Origin: Candidatus Bathyarchaeota archaeon B24
GTDB taxonomy: Archaea; Thermoproteota; CALKCG01; B24
Direction: 5' to 3'
Assembly (NCBI GenBank): GCA_001593865.1
Contig: LUCB01000001.1
Coordinates: 23,670 to 87,669 of the forward strand
Length of the DNA stretch: 64,000 bases
Shown: one piece after another, positions 8,538-17,986 of the stretch
Layout: each line of letters begins with the position of its first letter
Position numbering within the stretch: position 1 is the first letter of the stretch
Program-made: the position numbers and the translations under genes
The notes under the pieces: generated by a model
Told to the model about the DNA's origin: nothing
What the model saw: only the letters and a program-made list of their open reading frames with translations
Database searches by the model: none

Positions 8538-10877
8538 TTGACTGAAGTTAGATTTTACCTCCTAGACTTAGACTATAGGTTTAGAAGCGGTAAGACTGAG
8601 GTTAGGCTCTGGGGCATAACTGACGAAGGGAAGAGAGTCGTCTTATTCGACAGCTCACTTAGACCGTACTTCTACGTCGTAACCGAAAAACCAGAATTTC
8701 TTGAGCCGTCCTTAAAGGATGTTCCAGGAGTCGGGGGTTACGAGCTTAAGCAGGTCAAACTGTTCGGAAAACCCGTTAACGCGTTCAAGGTTTACGTGTC
8801 GAACCTGGATAAGCTGGAATCCGTGGCTAAGACGGTTTCCAAACTCGACGGCTCTAGCGGGGTTTACGAGGACGACCTACGTCATAGTCAGCATTATCTG
8901 TTGGACTATGACGTTAGACCGTGTGGATGGCACGTAGTCGAAGTCGAGAAGGTCGATAGAGACGGACTTAAAGTCGACGGAGCCTATAAGGTTTTAACTC
9001 CTCCTAAGGCGATAGAACACGTAGGTCGCGTCGCGTTTAGGGTTTTAGCATTTTACATGGTTCCATTACCGTCAAAGGGCTCTCCCAAACCCGAACGGGA
9101 TAGGATCGCTTGTTTAGCTGTCAGGACCAACGACGGGCTTGAGAAGGTTTTAGACTCTGAAAGACTCAGCGAGAGGGAAGTGTTGCAGAGGTTCATCGAA
9201 ATAGTCGACGAGTTCGACCCAGATATAATAGTGGGTTATGGAACAAACAGGAGGGACTGGGAGTATCTAGTTAAACGGGCGAAGATAAACGGTTTAGTTC
9301 TCAAAGTCGGTAGGGATGGGGCTGAGCCTCATAGAAGCCTCTACGGGCATATTTCGATAGCGGGTAGGATCGCGTTAGACCTGTATGACTACGCCGAGGA
9401 TATACCGGATATAAAGATCAAAACGCTTGAGAACCTTGCTTCATACATAGGGGCGGAGGTTAAGGCCGAGCCTCTAGAGGAGCCCGATATAGCGGCTCTA
9501 TGGGCTACCTCAGAAGGTAGACGGAGGGTCTTAGAGTACTCGGCCGATAGGTGTAGGCTCGTGATGGAGGCTTTCGAGGAGTTCATCGAGTATGGATGTC
9601 AGCTATCTAACCTCGTCTGCATACCCCTAGACCACGTATGCACCGCTGCCGTAGGTTTCAGGGTGGAGTCCTACCTTATGAAATGTAGCCGGCTCTTCGG
9701 TGAGCTGATACCTAAACGCGTCGAGAAACCCTACAGACCATACGCAGGAGCCATAGTTCTAAACCCCAAGCCCGGTCTACACGAAAACATAGCCGTCCTA
9801 GACTTTAGATCTATGTATCCTAACATCATGATGAAGTATAACGTGTCGCCTGACACATACGTCGAGCCTGGAGTCGAAGTTGACCCAGAAAAGGTCTATG
9901 TCGCCCCAGAAGTCGGTCACAGGTTTCTGAAGAAGCCCGACGGGTTCTATAGGGAGGCTCTTAGGAGGCTACTAGAGGCTAGGGCTGAGGTTAGGCAGAA
10001 ACTTAAGGGGTTGAACCCTGAATCCGCCGAGTATAGAGTCTTAGACGCTAGGCAGAGAGCCATCAAAGTCGTCACGAACGCCGTATACGGCTACGCCGGG
10101 TGGATAGGTGCCAGATGGTATAGACGCCCCATAGCAGAGGCTACGACCGCTTGGGGCCGGGAGACCCTTAGGAAGACCATAGAATACGCGAGAAGCATAG
10201 GTCTCGACATAATCTACGGCGACACAGATTCAATATTCGTCCGATACGACGAGGATAAGGTGGAGAAGCTCATCCGCTACGTGGCCGAGCATGAAGGTTT
10301 GGAGATAAAGCCAGACGCGATATATGTTAGGATAATATTCACCGAAGCCAAAAAGCGATATGCCGGAATCCTCACAGACGGTAGAGTAGATATCGTGGGT
10401 CTAGAAGCGGTTAGAGGCGATTGGTGCGAAGCTGCGAGAAGAATTCAGAGAGAAGTAATCAAGATAATACTCGAAACAGGTTCACCGGACAGAGCAGTTG
10501 AGAAAGCTAGAGACCTGATCGCGGAGGTTAAGGCGGGCAAGGTTCCGCTCAGGGAGCTTGTCATATGGAAGGCCATAACGAGACCTATCGAAGAGTATAG
10601 GGTTAGGGCACCGCATGTCGAGGCGGCTAAGAGGCTTATTAAAATGGGCTGGGAGGTCGAACCGGGCGACAAGGTGGGCTTCGTGATCGTTAGGGGTAGT
10701 GGTAAACTCTATGATAGGGTTCAGCCCTACCAGTTCGTCAAGCAGGAGGATGTGGACTATAGCTATTACGTCGAGAATCAGGTTCTGCCTGCTGTGTTGA
10801 GGGTGCTTAAAGTGTTCGACTATGATAGAAGTTCTTTAGAGACCGTTAGGCAGAAGGGGCAGATGAGACTATTCTAG
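8538..10877 (+). CDS. polB: family B DNA polymerase, PolB3/Dpo3-like, with a degenerate 3'-5' exonuclease motif I
   Basis: 779 aa. N-terminal FYLLDLDY...VRLWGITDEGKRVVL. Pol motif A VLDFRSMYPNIMMKYNVSPDTY, motif B KVVTNAVYGYAGW, motif C IYGDTDSIFV. Exo I reads VLAFYMVPL where FDIET is expected. Exo II is NRRDWEYL with the Asp kept. Confidence 0.85.
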   Translation: MTEVRFYLLDLDYRFRSGKTEVRLWGITDEGKRVVLFDSSLRPYFYVVTEKPEFLEPSLKDVPGVGGYELKQVKLFGKPVNAFKVYVSNLDKLESVAKTVSKLDGSSGVYEDDLRHSQHYLLDYDVRPCGWHVVEVEKVDRDGLKVDGAYKVLTPPKAIEHVGRVAFRVLAFYMVPLPSKGSPKPERDRIACLAVRTNDGLEKVLDSERLSEREVLQRFIEIVDEFDPDIIVGYGTNRRDWEYLVKRAKINGLVLKVGRDGAEPHRSLYGHISIAGRIALDLYDYAEDIPDIKIKTLENLASYIGAEVKAEPLEEPDIAALWATSEGRRRVLEYSADRCRLVMEAFEEFIEYGCQLSNLVCIPLDHVCTAAVGFRVESYLMKCSRLFGELIPKRVEKPYRPYAGAIVLNPKPGLHENIAVLDFRSMYPNIMMKYNVSPDTYVEPGVEVDPEKVYVAPEVGHRFLKKPDGFYREALRRLLEARAEVRQKLKGLNPESAEYRVLDARQRAIKVVTNAVYGYAGWIGARWYRRPIAEATTAWGRETLRKTIEYARSIGLDIIYGDTDSIFVRYDEDKVEKLIRYVAEHEGLEIKPDAIYVRIIFTEAKKRYAGILTDGRVDIVGLEAVRGDWCEAARRIQREVIKIILETGSPDRAVEKARDLIAEVKAGKVPLRELVIWKAITRPIEEYRVRAPHVEAAKRLIKMGWEVEPGDKVGFVIVRGSGKLYDRVQPYQFVKQEDVDYSYYVENQVLPAVLRVLKVFDYDRSSLETVRQKGQMRLF

Positions 10878-10938
10878 CGTTAAGATTTAAGTAACCCGTC
10901 TTTACGTATAGTTTTAGCTTCGGAGGTCTAGGTGCTCC

Positions 10939-12021
10939 TTGTCCATAGATCCATGGGGCTCAGAAATCATAGAGGATTATGAGAGGATCTTCGTAGACTT
11001 CGGCGTAAAGAGAATCCCTGAGTATATTAGGACCGGGCTTAAACACATAAGCTTCGAGAGGGGAATTGTGATCGGTCACAGGGATTTCGAGAAGGTCTAC
11101 CAGAGAATAGTCTCCGGTAGACCCTTCATAAACATGACGGGAATAGCTACCTCGGGAGAGCTCCACTTTGGGCATAAGATGATCATAGATATCTTCAAAT
11201 TCCTCAAGGACTGTGGGGGTAGAAACTACTTCGCCATCTGCGACATAGACGCCTATGTGAGTAGACCTGACAGTAGGATTCCGAGTCTAGAAGTCGCTAA
11301 GAAGTATGCCGTCGAAAACTTGTCGCATGCGTTAGCCCTGGGGTTGGATGAGAAGGACGTCTATGTTCAAAGCCGTAAAGAGAGGAGATACTACGAGTTC
11401 GCCTTCGAACTTTCCAAGAAAATAACCGAAAGCACTTTCAGAGCCATATACGGGCATCTAGACATAGGTAAGGTGGCGGCTAATCTGCTTCAGTATGCCG
11501 ACATACTTCACCCTCAGCTTCCGGAGTATGAGGGGAAGATGCCTTCGGTGACCGTCATAGCCGCAGAGCAGGACCCGCATATAAGGGCGGTCAGAGATAT
11601 AGCCGCCCGTCTACCATACGACTTTGAGCTTCCATCAGCTTTGATAATAGTTCACCTGCCAGGGCTTAAAGCCGGTAGAAAAATGTCTAAGAGCGAGCCT
11701 GAAACCTGTATATTTCTTAGAGACCCCCCAGAGGTCGCGGCTAAGAAGATTATGAATGCCTTCACAGGTGGTCAGCCAACGGTCGAGGAGCAGAGGAAAC
11801 TTGGGGGAAAGCCTGAGATCTGTAGGGTCTACGAGTTTCTCAAGTTTAATCACCCTGATAGTGCTATGCTTAGGAAGATGTATGAAGACTGCGTCTCAGG
11901 TAGGATACTGTGTGGCGAGTGTAAGCTCCTCACGGCAGAGTTCGTTAAACAATTCCTCGAAAGACATAGGGAAAAGTTGAAAGATGCCGTGGAGCTGGCT
12001 GAGAGAATCGTTTACGGATAA
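10939..12021 (+). CDS. trpS: tryptophanyl-tRNA synthetase (archaeal/eukaryal type)
   Basis: 360 aa. HIGH-type ELHFGH, KMSKS, and NAFTGGQPTVEEQRKLGGKPEICRVYEF, which matches the eukaryal/archaeal TrpRS AFSGG...QFGG block. Confidence 0.85.
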   Translation: MSIDPWGSEIIEDYERIFVDFGVKRIPEYIRTGLKHISFERGIVIGHRDFEKVYQRIVSGRPFINMTGIATSGELHFGHKMIIDIFKFLKDCGGRNYFAICDIDAYVSRPDSRIPSLEVAKKYAVENLSHALALGLDEKDVYVQSRKERRYYEFAFELSKKITESTFRAIYGHLDIGKVAANLLQYADILHPQLPEYEGKMPSVTVIAAEQDPHIRAVRDIAARLPYDFELPSALIIVHLPGLKAGRKMSKSEPETCIFLRDPPEVAAKKIMNAFTGGQPTVEEQRKLGGKPEICRVYEFLKFNHPDSAMLRKMYEDCVSGRILCGECKLLTAEFVKQFLERHREKLKDAVELAERIVYG

Positions 12022-12034
12022 GAGGTGTAGGTAG

Positions 12035-13540
12035 TTGAAGGTTAGACTTCTGGAGGGTGAGATGCAACTTCTTAAGGCCCTCGAGAAGTTGAATGGAGAG
12101 GCCTACGACGAGAGGCTCGTCTCTGAGACCGGTTGGCCGTCTGACAAGGTTACTACTATGGCTTTGAACATGAGCGAGAGAGGGATAGTGAAGGTCTCGG
12201 TCGAGGAGGAGGTTTGGATTTGGCTGACAGATGAGGGGTTAAGATATGCACGGATGGGACTACCTGAGAGGCGTATACTCGAGCAGGCTATGGCTAAAGG
12301 TGGAGTAGAAATTTCGAAGCTTGAGAGGGTTGAGGACTGGGAAAAACCCATAGGCTTGGCTTGGCTCAGGAGGAAGGGCTGGGGCGTTATACGAGGCGGT
12401 AGAGTAGAAGCGGCCGGTGAGTTCCCTAAGGGAGCCGATGAGAAGCTTATAGAACTCATAGCCTCTAAGGGTAAGGTTCGTTTAACAGAGTTACCAGAGG
12501 AACTGAGAAAGACGGTTAAGACCTTGAGATCTAGAAGGCTTGTCGAGACCGGGAAGGTCACTAGAAGACTGATCTCTCTTACGGAATTGGGTTGGGGCGT
12601 TTTAAGGGGTGATGTCGAGGTTCTGGAGGAGGTTTCGAGGCTAACGAGAGACTTGATCGTCTCCGGCAGATGGAGGAGTGTGGTTCTTAAGAAATACGAT
12701 GTGTCGCTTCCCAGCTATAGGATACCCATAGGCCGGCTACACTTCTGGAGAGATATTTTAAACCACATCAGAAGGGTTTGGGTCGAGATGGGGTTCAAAG
12801 AGATGGAAGGCCCCATACTCGAGACATGCTTCTGGGACTACGACGCCCTATACGTACCTCAAGACCATCCTGCTAGAGACCTTCAGGATACGTTTTATGT
12901 TAAAACCCCTGGAAGAGGTAGACTCCCGAGTCCTGAGTTTGTCGACAAGATTAGACAAACTCATGAGGATGGGTGGACTACAGGCTCCATAGGATGGGGG
13001 TACAAATGGGATGTCGAGGAGGCTAAGAGAACGCTACTTAGAACGCATACGACCGCGGTATCGGTCAGGACTTTAGCGGCTCTTAAGGAGGCTGAGCTAC
13101 CTGCTAAGTTCTTCTCTGTCGGTAGGGTTTTCAGAAACGAAAAACCAGACCGAACGCATCTATGCGAATTCTACCAGACTGAGGGCATAGTGGTGGACGA
13201 GAACGCTAATATGAAGCATCTGGTGGGCTATCTCAAAGAGTTCTTCAAGAGACTTGGGTTCCCAGAGGCTAGGTTCCGACCTGCATACTTCCCGTATACA
13301 GAGCCGTCGCTAGAGGTCGAAGTATACCATCCACCGACGGGTAGATGGATCGAGCTAGGTGGAGCCGGGATCTTCAGACCCGAGGTTGTAAAGCCGCTGT
13401 TAGGTAGGGACATCCCCGTTTTGGCATGGGGTCTCGGACCTGAGAGGATGGTCATGCTAAACTACGGGCTTAAAGACATTAGAGAACTCGTCATGAACGA
13501 CTTGGAGATGCTTAGAAGAGCACCGGTCTGGATGGGGTGA
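12035..13540 (+). CDS. pheS: phenylalanyl-tRNA synthetase alpha subunit
   Basis: 501 aa. Class II motifs: FRNEKPDRTHLCEFYQTEG (motif 2), GAGIFRPEV...GLGPERM (motif 3). Winged-helix N-terminus typical of archaeal PheS. Confidence 0.9.
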   Translation: MKVRLLEGEMQLLKALEKLNGEAYDERLVSETGWPSDKVTTMALNMSERGIVKVSVEEEVWIWLTDEGLRYARMGLPERRILEQAMAKGGVEISKLERVEDWEKPIGLAWLRRKGWGVIRGGRVEAAGEFPKGADEKLIELIASKGKVRLTELPEELRKTVKTLRSRRLVETGKVTRRLISLTELGWGVLRGDVEVLEEVSRLTRDLIVSGRWRSVVLKKYDVSLPSYRIPIGRLHFWRDILNHIRRVWVEMGFKEMEGPILETCFWDYDALYVPQDHPARDLQDTFYVKTPGRGRLPSPEFVDKIRQTHEDGWTTGSIGWGYKWDVEEAKRTLLRTHTTAVSVRTLAALKEAELPAKFFSVGRVFRNEKPDRTHLCEFYQTEGIVVDENANMKHLVGYLKEFFKRLGFPEARFRPAYFPYTEPSLEVEVYHPPTGRWIELGGAGIFRPEVVKPLLGRDIPVLAWGLGPERMVMLNYGLKDIRELVMNDLEMLRRAPVWMG

Positions 13541-13546
13541 AATAGC

Positions 13547-15241
13547 ATGCCGGTTATAAGAGTCGGATTAGAGGATTTCAGAAGGCTGGTTGGGCTTAGG
13601 CTTTCCTTGAGTCGTCTTAGAGAGGAAATCCCTATGATGGGGCTAGGGTGGGAGAGAGATGACCCTGAGGGGTTTGAGGTGGAAGTCTTTCCCAATAGAC
13701 CTGATATGCTTAGCCCCGAAGGACTTGCCAGGGCCTATAAGGGGTTTATAGGTCTCGAGAGAGGTGTGCCTGATTACGTGGTTAAACGCGGTTTCTACGA
13801 GGCTTATGTAGACGCCGCCGTTAAATCCGTCAGACCGTATATAGCCTTCGCGACTATTAAAAACGTCCCCATGGATGAGGAGGTGTTTAAGAGCATCATC
13901 CAGATCCAGGAGAAGCTTCACATATCATATTGTAGAAACCGTAGAAAGGGCTCTATCGGTGTCCACGACCTCGATAAGCTTAAACCCCCGGTGAGGTATA
14001 CGGTTAAGCCTCTTAACTTCAGGTTTAGACCGCTAGACTCTGAGGAAGAGATGAGTATACGTGAAATCCTTCGGAGACATCCGAAGGGCGTAGAATATGG
14101 CCATCTATTAAGCGGGTTTAAGTATTGCCCGATCTTAGAGGACTCTCAGGGCATGGTTCTATCCATGCCACCGGTGATAAACTCTGAGTACACGAGGGTA
14201 ACCCTCGAAACCAAAAACCTCTTCATAGACTGTACGGGTCTAGACTGGAAGACCGTGAACTCCATCTTAAATATAATAGCCACCTCCCTTGCAGAGCGGG
14301 GTTGCCAGATATATACCGTCAAGATTCATTATCCATACGATACCCCCGTCGGTAAAGAGGTTGAAACCCCTGACCTAGCCCCTAGCGAGATGAAGCTTCC
14401 ACTAAGCCTCGTCGATAAAGTCTTTGGTGAACATCTCGATGCCGAAGAGGTCGTTAAACTCTTGGCTAAGATGAGGTTCGACGCGGTCAAGCTTTCTGAG
14501 AGAGAACTCCTCGTAAAGGTCCCGGCGTATAGAGTCGATATAATGCACCCGGTGGACCTGGTTGAGGACGTTATCATAGCGTACGGCTACAACCGTATAG
14601 AGCCTGAGATCCCTCAGTTCGCGACCATAGGTGGTGAAAGCCTGTTAGAAAGATTTTCCTCTAAGGTTAGGAGTATTATGGTAGGCTTAGGCTACCAGGA
14701 GGTTATGACAGAGGTTCTGACGAACCCTAGAGACCTGTTCGTTAAGATGAGGGTTAAAGCTGGGCCTGTGGTGGAGCTTGAGAATCCCAAGACTGTCGAG
14801 TATACGGTTTGCAGGAGCTGGCTTCTACCAAGTTTGATGAAGGTTCTAGCTAGGAATAGGCATAGGGAATATCCGCAGAGGATATTCGAGGTCGATGATG
14901 TAGTCATCTTAGATGAGAATTCTGAAACCGGAGGGCGGTCTCTCAGAAAGCTAGCTGCGGTATCGATACACTCAGAGGCCGACTACGCGGAGGTTAAAGC
15001 CGTAGTAGACACTTTTCTCGAAATCCTCGCAGTCGAGCATAGGGTCGAGCCAGGGATTCATCCGAGTTTCATAGAAGGAAGGACAGGGTTTATAAAAACC
15101 CTTAAGGGAGAGACCATCGGATTCCTAGGTGAGATCCACCCAGAGGTCCTGATAAACTTCGGATTAGAAAACCCTACGGTAGGGTTCGAGATAGACCTCG
15201 AGGCAGTCATGAGGCTTAAAGGGTTTGGACGGAGACCCTAG
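13547..15241 (+). CDS. pheT: phenylalanyl-tRNA synthetase beta subunit
   Basis: 564 aa. B3/4 and B5 domain pattern; length typical of archaeal PheT; 6 nt downstream of pheS. Confidence 0.9.
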   Translation: MPVIRVGLEDFRRLVGLRLSLSRLREEIPMMGLGWERDDPEGFEVEVFPNRPDMLSPEGLARAYKGFIGLERGVPDYVVKRGFYEAYVDAAVKSVRPYIAFATIKNVPMDEEVFKSIIQIQEKLHISYCRNRRKGSIGVHDLDKLKPPVRYTVKPLNFRFRPLDSEEEMSIREILRRHPKGVEYGHLLSGFKYCPILEDSQGMVLSMPPVINSEYTRVTLETKNLFIDCTGLDWKTVNSILNIIATSLAERGCQIYTVKIHYPYDTPVGKEVETPDLAPSEMKLPLSLVDKVFGEHLDAEEVVKLLAKMRFDAVKLSERELLVKVPAYRVDIMHPVDLVEDVIIAYGYNRIEPEIPQFATIGGESLLERFSSKVRSIMVGLGYQEVMTEVLTNPRDLFVKMRVKAGPVVELENPKTVEYTVCRSWLLPSLMKVLARNRHREYPQRIFEVDDVVILDENSETGGRSLRKLAAVSIHSEADYAEVKAVVDTFLEILAVEHRVEPGIHPSFIEGRTGFIKTLKGETIGFLGEIHPEVLINFGLENPTVGFEIDLEAVMRLKGFGRRP

Positions 15242-15242
15242 A

Positions 15243-15510
15243 AGGGTTCCATGCCGACGGACCCCTCCGAGAAGCCGAAAGGCTGGCTATGAGGACGGGG
15301 TTACCCAAGCATGGAACAGGCCCTATGGGCCGCAATCCAAACCCTTATAAAACGGCCTACAAACCTCTCTCACGGTGGACACCTGGGTCCCATACGGAGA
15401 GAGCCGGCCGAGCAGGGCGTAGACGCCTTTCGATGACGCTTGGGTGTTAGTCGTATGGGATATAGACACCCAGGTGTCCACCCATAGGACCGGCTTCTAA
15501 ATCTTTTTAA
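15243..15510 (+). ncRNA. candidate structured non-coding RNA, tentatively RNase P RNA-like; SRP RNA not excluded; strand tentative
   Basis: A ~270 nt GC-rich non-coding gap between pheT and the EamA gene. GNRA hairpin AGCC-GAAA-GGCT at 15273-15284; hairpin GGCCC-TAT-GGGCC at 15320-15332. A ~24-bp interrupted helix joins 15375-15397 (GTGGACACCTGGGTCCCATACGG) and 15452-15481 (CGTATGGGATATAGACACCCAGGTGTCCAC). GAAAG-GCUGGCU (15277-15288) resembles CR-I and can form 8 bp with AGAGAG-CCGGCC (15398-15409, CR-V-like). An oligo-T CTTTTTAA follows at 15503-15510. No protein-coding potential. Confidence 0.4.
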
Positions 15511-15563
15511 CAGAGCGCTATGTATTTGGGATATCCGCCAGGGACTTACATCGAGGTGGTTCG

Positions 15564-16418
15564 TTGAAGAGACTTAGAAATTGGCTATTGTTTTCGATAG
15601 TCGTTTTGATATGGAGCTCCAACTGGTCTGTCATGAAGATGGGTCTTAGCTACGTTGATCCATGGAGCTTCATTTACCATAGGTTTCTACTGTCTACGAC
15701 CGCTCTTTCTCTACTTCTATTCATCTTAAAGAGGAGAATTCCGGCCGATAAGAGGGGTCTAGTTAGACTTTTCATATTGGGCCTTATCACGAGCATAGGG
15801 ATAACATCGACGAGTTTAGGCTTAGTGTATGAAAAGTCTGGTGTGAGCGCGATCTTGACATATACCCAACCCTTGTTCGTCTTCTGTATGGCCATACCGT
15901 TTTTAGGGGAAAAGATGAACATCGGTCGAGCCTTAGGGGTTTTAATAGGGTTTCTAGGAGTCATGATTCTCTCTACTAGAGGTGATAGCTTTATCGATAG
16001 CCTCGATTTCCCTGTTTTCCTTTTAGTAGCCGGAGCATTTCTATGGGCTACTGCGATAATATACTATAAGAAGTTTCTAAGTCATATAGACCCCACAGTG
16101 GCGAATACATTTCAGCTAGGAGTAGGCGTGGTCTTACTCACCCCGGTGATCGCTCTTAAGGGCTTAGCATTCCCCCCTTCACTGGATTACATTGCCGTCA
16201 TCCTATACACTTCGATTTGTGCCCAAGGCGTGGCGTTAACCCTATGGGTTCTTCTGTTAAGAGAAGAGGAGGCGACGGTCTTATCTTCTTCGAGCTTTAT
16301 GGTCCCGGTGGCCGCCATCATATTCGGATGGCTGATACTTGGAGAAACTGTGGAGCCGAAGGTATTGTTCGGGTCGGCTCTCATACTTGCTGGCGTTTAC
16401 ATGGTTAACAAGGTTTAG
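15564..16418 (+). CDS. EamA/DMT-superfamily transporter (10 TM)
   Basis: 284 aa with two repeated 5-TM EamA-like halves. GGAGGTG-like SD upstream of the TTG start. Confidence 0.75.
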   Translation: MKRLRNWLLFSIVVLIWSSNWSVMKMGLSYVDPWSFIYHRFLLSTTALSLLLFILKRRIPADKRGLVRLFILGLITSIGITSTSLGLVYEKSGVSAILTYTQPLFVFCMAIPFLGEKMNIGRALGVLIGFLGVMILSTRGDSFIDSLDFPVFLLVAGAFLWATAIIYYKKFLSHIDPTVANTFQLGVGVVLLTPVIALKGLAFPPSLDYIAVILYTSICAQGVALTLWVLLLREEEATVLSSSSFMVPVAAIIFGWLILGETVEPKVLFGSALILAGVYMVNKV

Positions 16419-16519
16419 GCACCCATCTTATCCGAGGAACTGAGAACAACATTTCACTATCTTCCTTAGGGCTTCAGAATAGCATCAAACAGCAAGGTTA
16501 TTACCGAGATAAACTTCTT

Positions 16520-16596
16520 GCATAATAAACATTTTATAAAACTCAAATTTTAATCGTATTACATCCTTGCATATTATTTTTGAAGATTATTGAAGT
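16520..16596. terminator. AT-rich convergent intergenic region with oligo-T tracts on both strands (bidirectional terminator zone)
   Basis: CATTTTATAAAACTCAAATTTTAATCG and ATTATTTTTGAAG lie between the EamA gene (+, ends 16418) and gdh (-, ends 16597). Archaeal termination uses oligo-T; no experimental support. Confidence 0.25.
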
Positions 16597-17859
16597 TTAC
16601 GGCCATATTCCTAGCGTTTTTACAGCTTCAGCTACTCTCTTAACGGCTATGACCATGGCTTCTGTTCGCATGTCTCTACCGTTTTCGACAGAGTTCTTGT
16701 AGACCTCCCAAAACACCCTAACCATTCTCTCCTCGAGACGCTTGTGAACCTCGTCTAGACTCCAGTGCTCCCTATGCAGGTTCTGGATCCATTCCAGGTA
16801 GCTTACAGTCACTCCTCCGCCATTGGCTAATATGTCCGGGACTACTAAGACGTTTCTCTCCCTCAATATCTTAGCCGCTTCGTGAGTTGTGGGACCGTTA
16901 GCACCCTCCACCACGGCTCTAGCCTCTATGATGTCGGCGTTTCTGGATGTAAGCACGTTCTCGATGGCCGCTGGTATGAGAATGTCGCATTTCAAGGCTA
17001 GAAGCTCCTCGTTGGTTATGGTTCTAGCCCCCTCAAAACCGACTACGGATCCAGTGGCCTTTTTATGAGCCATAAGCTTATACGGGTTCAGCCCTTCAAG
17101 CGAATATATACCTCCCTTAGAGTCGCTAACACCAATTATTCTGAAGCCCATATCGTATAGGGTTTTCGCGGCGTTGAAGCCGACGTTTCCAAACCCTTGA
17201 ATAGCAACTGTGACTCGACCTCTTATGTTTAAAGCTTTAACGACCTCCCTAGCACATATAGCTACCCCACGGCCGGTAGCACCGGTCCTCCCCTCTGAGC
17301 CCCAAATACATGTGGGCTTCCCCGTTACAACCTCTGGGACTAAGTAGCCTTTAAGCTGGCTGTAGGTATCCATCATCCAAGCCATTTCTCTAGGACCAGT
17401 ATAAAGATCAGGTGCAGGGACATCTCTAAAGGGTCCTATAAAGTCAGCTATCATAAATGTATAGCGTCTAGTCAGTCTCTCAATCTCCTCGGTGCTCATC
17501 TCTTTAGGATTGCAGACAACACCTCCCTTGGCTCCACCATAAGGGAGGTCATGAACCGCGCACTTCCAAGTCATAATCATTGCTAAGGCTTTAACCTCAT
17601 CTAAAGTCACCTTAGGATGATACCTTACACCGCCCTTACAGGGTCCTCTAGCATCGTTATGCTGAACCCTATAGCCGGTGAAAATCTCGAGGTGACCATC
17701 GTCCATCTTCACAGGTATGGAGACCTCTAGAACCCTCTTAGGCACCTTAAGGAACTCCAGGATATCCCTGTCCAGCTCGATGATGCCGGCGACATACTCA
17801 AGATCCCTAATAACATTACTTAAAAGACTAAACTCGCTCAAACCAGAACCTCCACACAT
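16597..17859 (-). CDS. gdhA: glutamate dehydrogenase (NAD(P)+)
   Basis: The ORF track gives 16597..17928. The conserved GDH N-terminus begins at MCGGSGLSEFSLLSNV..., ATG at 17857-17859, about 420 aa. Catalytic PYGGAKGGV, and Rossmann AIQGFGNVG. Confidence 0.9.
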   Translation of the reverse strand: MCGGSGLSEFSLLSNVIRDLEYVAGIIELDRDILEFLKVPKRVLEVSIPVKMDDGHLEIFTGYRVQHNDARGPCKGGVRYHPKVTLDEVKALAMIMTWKCAVHDLPYGGAKGGVVCNPKEMSTEEIERLTRRYTFMIADFIGPFRDVPAPDLYTGPREMAWMMDTYSQLKGYLVPEVVTGKPTCIWGSEGRTGATGRGVAICAREVVKALNIRGRVTVAIQGFGNVGFNAAKTLYDMGFRIIGVSDSKGGIYSLEGLNPYKLMAHKKATGSVVGFEGARTITNEELLALKCDILIPAAIENVLTSRNADIIEARAVVEGANGPTTHEAAKILRERNVLVVPDILANGGGVTVSYLEWIQNLHREHWSLDEVHKRLEERMVRVFWEVYKNSVENGRDMRTEAMVIAVKRVAEAVKTLGIWP

Positions 17860-17986
17860 AAATGAGGGAAAAACAAAGTATTTAATGATTTTCTCGGAAA
17901 ACGGGCGTCGAATGCCGTGAACATACATTTCCTCCCAAAGCTTAAATAAAAAACTAATGGAAAATAATATTCGCGGGATCCTAGAT

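Noticed and set aside
15243-15510. Intron-containing tRNA, or a definite SRP RNA assignment, for the structured intergenic element.
   Set aside because: No T-arm (GTTC(R)A(N)TC) or acceptor/anticodon arrangement could be found. The SRP helix-8 consensus (CAGG...GNRA...AGCAG) is absent on both strands. It is kept as a generic ncRNA candidate with RNase P-like motifs noted.
16187-16408. Small overlapping ORFs 16187..16384 (-) and 16217..16408 (+) at the 3' end of the EamA gene.
   Set aside because: Both lie within the well-supported EamA transporter CDS in other frames, with no independent signals.
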